Shown: positions 46,705 through 49,608 of the stretch, in pieces
Layout: each line of letters opens with the position of its first letter
Numbering within the stretch: the first letter of the stretch is position 1
Source: an uncultured Chthoniobacterales bacterium
GTDB lineage: Bacteria > Verrucomicrobiota > Verrucomicrobiia > Chthoniobacterales > UBA10450
Direction of reading: 5' to 3'
Length of the DNA stretch: 49,608 nt
NCBI GenBank assembly: GCA_955652255.1
Contig: CATPAW010000137.1
Span: 1 to 49,608, forward strand
Translations under genes and position numbers: made by a program
The notes under the pieces: model-generated
What the model was told of the DNA's origin: nothing
What the model saw: only the letters and a program-made list of their open reading frames with translations
Databases searched by the model: none

Positions 46705-47346
46705 ATGCAACGGCATTCAGAGGAACGCGCCTTCACTCTCATCGAGCTGCTGGTGGTCATCGCCATTATTATTATTTTGGCCGGTCTTCTTTTTCCTGCT
46801 TTCAGCGGAGTCCAGGAGCAGGCGAGGCGAACACAGGCGAAAAACGACCTCACGCAAATCGTCACCGCCGTGAACGCGTTCTACACAGAATATGGAAAGT
46901 ATCCTCTAGTTACGGCCGACACGATCTACGGACCCGCAGGCACTCCAAATAATGCGTTATTCAATGAGTTGCGGGCAACACCCGCCCAGACTCAGAATCC
47001 GCGCCTTATAGTCTTCATTTCCCCACCCGACGTCAAGGATCCGGCGAACCCGCGATCGGGAATCGCTACCCAGGCCACGACGATTAACGGGATTTCAGTC
47101 GCGATCGGCGACTTTGTAGATCCTTGGGGAACACCGTACAATGTCGCAATTGACGGCAATTACGACAATCAAATTGCGAATCCGTACCCTGACGGCAGCG
47201 CGGGCGGCAGCGCCACAGCGACTCCAGCCTACGCGCTGAGCATCGGTGTGATCGCATGGTCATTTGGAAAAGATCAGACAATAGGAACCAAGACGCCCGC
47301 GAGTGCGTCTTTCACAAATTCCGACGACGTAATTTCGTGGCAGTGA
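46705..47346 (+). CDS. GspG-like pseudopilin (prepilin-type N-terminal cleavage/methylation domain)
   Basis: RAFTLIELLVVIAIIIILAGLLFPAF processing/methylation motif, DPWGTPY, and SFGKD....DDVISW at the C-terminus. No other T2SS/T4P genes are in the window. Confidence 0.8.
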   Translation: MQRHSEERAFTLIELLVVIAIIIILAGLLFPAFSGVQEQARRTQAKNDLTQIVTAVNAFYTEYGKYPLVTADTIYGPAGTPNNALFNELRATPAQTQNPRLIVFISPPDVKDPANPRSGIATQATTINGISVAIGDFVDPWGTPYNVAIDGNYDNQIANPYPDGSAGGSATATPAYALSIGVIAWSFGKDQTIGTKTPASASFTNSDDVISWQ

Positions 47347-47359
47347 GTGTTCGCCGCTT

Positions 47360-47394
47360 GCAAATCGCAAATCGGCAATCGAAAATCGAAAATT
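47360..47394. repeat. five tandem 7-mers (GCAAATC GCAAATC GGCAATC GAAAATC GAAAATT) directly upstream of tRNA-Gly
   Basis: Read directly from the sequence. The array ends 5 nt before the tRNA 5' end. Confidence 0.8.
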
Positions 47395-47399
47395 CGTCG

Positions 47400-47470
47400 G
47401 CGGGTGTAGTTCAATGGTAGAACGGCAGCTTCCCAAGCTGCACACGGGGGTTCGATTCCCCTCACCCGCT
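47400..47470 (+). tRNA. tRNA-Gly (anticodon CCC)
   Basis: GCGGGTG-TA-GTTC-AATGGTA-GAAC-G-GCAGC-TTCCCAA-GCTGC-ACAC-GGGGG-TTCGATT-CCCCT-CACCCGC-T. CCA is not encoded. Confidence 0.9.
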
Positions 47471-48000
47471 CATTTTCTCCATTTTCATAGGGAAAACGAG
47501 CGACCAATGAAGGTAAGACATTGCTGGTAAGACAGGAAAGTAAGACAAAAAGGGCTAGTTTTCCGCCGTTGTTCGCCCAGGTTTATCGGAGAAAGAAAGC
47601 CGCTTGCGTCAAGAATCGCCGCAGTTATGTTCATGTGAACATCCTGCGGTATTATGTCTAAACGCCGGCCAAAGTTCAGCGCAAAGGGCATTCCCATGGT
47701 GGGAACCGTCCCTTGTGCATCAAACCCAAGAACCGTGAACGCCGACGAAACCGCAGATCAAGAGCGCACCCAATGCAAGACAATCTTGAAATGCCCGACC
47801 TGTCATAGCCATCGCGCCATCTTTCTCAACACCAAACCCCCACGCGCTCGGTTCGTCGTCGCATCCAAGCAGAGTTCTGCCGTGACGAGCGCTTCATCAA
47901 GGCGCGCAGAGTGAATCCAAAGAACTTCTTTGCCGAGCTGAAACGGCGGAATGATTTTCTCGTGGATTATCTCTTTGCCTGCTAGAACAGGGCTGAAGCG

Positions 48001-49608
48001 ATGGTTGAGAAGGCGCCAGCTGAGACGGAGTTCGAGATCGGGCATGTCTTGTTCATTGATCTCGTTGGCTATTCCAAGCGATTGATCGACGAGCAAAAGG
48101 AGTTGCTCAACAAGCTCAACAGCATTGTTTGCGAAACGGAAGTGGTGCGCACCGCCGAAGCGGCTGGCAAGTTAGTCCGCATTCCAACCGGCGACGGCAT
48201 GGCACTTGTCTTTCGTACTTCGTCGGAAGCTCCGGCGCGCTGTGCACTCGAGATTAGTAAAGCGTTGCGAGAAGAGCCGGAACTGCAACTGCGCATGGGG
48301 ATCCACAGCGGACCGGTGAGCGAAGTTAGAGATGTCAACGAGCGAGCAAACATCGCGGGCGCGGGAATCAACATTGCGCAGCGAGTGATGGATTGCGGCG
48401 ACGCAGGTCACATCCTTCTTTCGCGCCACGTCGCGGAAGATCTTGAGCACTACCCGCGCTGGCAGCCCTATTTGCACGAGCTTGGGGAGTGCGAGGTGAA
48501 ACACGGTGTCCGCATTCACGCGGTGAATTTCTACACCGACGACGTGGGCAACCCGGAAGTGCCGGAGAAATTCAAAGCTGTAGGGGCAGCCACGGTGAAA
48601 GCGCCACCGAAGTCCCCTATTCCGAAATGGGCAGCCATCTTGATCGTTATAGCCATTGCTATCGGCGGTTTTCTTTTCTGGCAACGACAGAAACCGAGAC
48701 CATCCGCGTTTGCATCTTCAATTCCGGAGAAATCGATCGCGGTTCTGCCGTTCGATAACCTCAGCCATGATCAGGACAACGCTTTTTTCGCCGAGGGCGT
48801 GCAAGACGAAATTCTCACCCGCCTAGCCAAAGTAGCGGACTTGAAGGTCATCTCCCGGACATCGACCCAGCGCTTTAAGAGCGCGCCGGAAAATTTGCCC
48901 GATATCGCAAAGAAATTGGGCGTCATGAATATTTTGGAAGGCAGTGTTCAGAAGTCCAACGATCAGGTGCGCGTTAACGTGCAGTTGATCAACGCCCTGA
49001 CCGACGCGCATCTTTGGGCCGATATCTACGATCGCAAGTTGACCGACATCTTCGCAGTGGAGAGCGACATTGCGAAAACGATTGCCGAAACGTTGCAGGC
49101 GAAGCTCACTGGCTCTGAGAAACAGAGGATGGCGTCGCAGCCAACGACCGACACGACGGCATACGAGCTTTACCACAGAGGCAGATCGCTTTGGGAGCGG
49201 CGTTCCGGGGACAACATTCCGAAAGCGATCGCTTTTTACGAGCAGGCGGTCGCGCGCGATCCGAATTATGCATTAGCCTACGCTGGTCTGGCCGACGCCT
49301 ACGCGCTGCTTCCTTTTTATACGCCGACCTCCCAGCGCGCTGCATCCCCAAAAGCGAAAGAAGCGGCGCTCAAAGCTCTCCGACTCGATCCTAATCTGGC
49401 CGAAGCACACGCCGCGCTGGGTAAGGTGTTGTACTTTAACGAAATCGATCTTGCTGGATCGATTCGTGAGTACCAGCGGGCGATCGAGCTGAAGCCAAAC
49501 TACGCCACCGCACATCATTGGTTGGGCAACGACTCCCTGCTGGGCCTCGGGCGATTCGAGGAAGCCATTGCCGAGGGGAAGCGAGCTGTGGAGCTGGATC
49601 CTCTCTCC
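48001..49608 (+). CDS. class III adenylate/guanylate cyclase domain + TM + TolB-N-like + TPR protein (3' end outside window; absent from the ORF track because it has no stop)
   Basis: My own translation from ATG 48001 is open to the window end. It reads FIDLVGYSK, IPTGDGMALVF, RMGIHSGPV, NIAGAGINIAQRV (cyclase homology domain), TM WAAILIVIAIAIGGFLFW, EKSIAVLPFDNLS...FFAEGVQDEILTRLAKV, then TPRs (AIAFYEQAVARDPNYALAYAGLADAY). Confidence 0.85.
   Translation, partial: MVEKAPAETEFEIGHVLFIDLVGYSKRLIDEQKELLNKLNSIVCETEVVRTAEAAGKLVRIPTGDGMALVFRTSSEAPARCALEISKALREEPELQLRMGIHSGPVSEVRDVNERANIAGAGINIAQRVMDCGDAGHILLSRHVAEDLEHYPRWQPYLHELGECEVKHGVRIHAVNFYTDDVGNPEVPEKFKAVGAATVKAPPKSPIPKWAAILIVIAIAIGGFLFWQRQKPRPSAFASSIPEKSIAVLPFDNLSHDQDNAFFAEGVQDEILTRLAKVADLKVISRTSTQRFKSAPENLPDIAKKLGVMNILEGSVQKSNDQVRVNVQLINALTDAHLWADIYDRKLTDIFAVESDIAKTIAETLQAKLTGSEKQRMASQPTTDTTAYELYHRGRSLWERRSGDNIPKAIAFYEQAVARDPNYALAYAGLADAYALLPFYTPTSQRAASPKAKEAALKALRLDPNLAEAHAALGKVLYFNEIDLAGSIREYQRAIELKPNYATAHHWLGNDSLLGLGRFEEAIAEGKRAVELDPLS

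Noticed and set aside
47360-47547. A CRISPR array or an integrated element at tRNA-Gly.
   Set aside because: The repeats are only 7-8 nt, with no spacer structure. There is no integrase, no excisionase and no duplicated tRNA 3' segment in the window.
47654-47914. An 86-aa ORF between tRNA-Gly and the cyclase gene.
   Set aside because: There is no family resemblance apart from a possible broken zinc-ribbon fragment. It is more likely decayed sequence, and I treated it under the remnant finding rather than as a gene.
1-49608. Defence, toxin-antitoxin, secretion-effector or biosynthetic gene clusters.
   Set aside because: I read all ORFs of 60 aa or more. None shows nuclease, ATPase, TIR, SIR2, reverse-transcriptase, toxin or PKS/NRPS-type signatures outside the housekeeping genes listed.

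Overview
This is a gene-dense chromosomal segment, roughly 90% coding, with compact and often overlapping gene junctions. It probably comes from a PVC-group (Verrucomicrobia-like) bacterium. That placement is inference from the FTLIELLVVIAII-type pseudopilin, the GTAGGGAC / GTCATTCCGAGCG palindromic intergenic elements and the GldAFG-like + DUF4340 operon.

The content is mostly housekeeping:
- LPS-core and outer-membrane genes: GT1, GT9 heptosyltransferase-like, MsbA-like ABC exporter, OmpA-like, BamD, LptE-like.
- sucA-sucB-lpdA and pxpBCA (5-oxoprolinase) preceded by YceI.
- thrS, serS, recQ, recO, pcm, ubiE/menG.
- A tandem CNNM/CorB pair, a GH15 / GNAT / ArnT-like cluster, and an HtrA-like protease.
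- An orphan GspG-like pseudopilin, tRNA-Leu(CAG), tRNA-Gly(CCC), and a 3'-truncated class III cyclase-TPR gene that is missing from the ORF track because it runs off the window.

I found no transposase, integrase, CRISPR array or recognisable defence or toxin system.

The most unusual signal is at the DNA level. The non-palindromic 10-mer TGTCGATCTT occurs at least 36 times, about one per 1.4 kb. It lies on both strands and in five of the six possible frame/orientation combinations inside unrelated genes. That behaviour resembles a DNA-uptake-sequence or HIP1-type hyperabundant word.

Secondary observations:
- Three families of palindromic intergenic elements, two of which donate TAG stop codons to flanking genes.
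- A ThrRS that lacks the TGS domain and carries a ~75-aa insertion.
- A small, highly basic repeat protein next to tRNA-Leu.
- Several gene remnants near tRNA-Gly.

All counts were made by eye and need recomputation.
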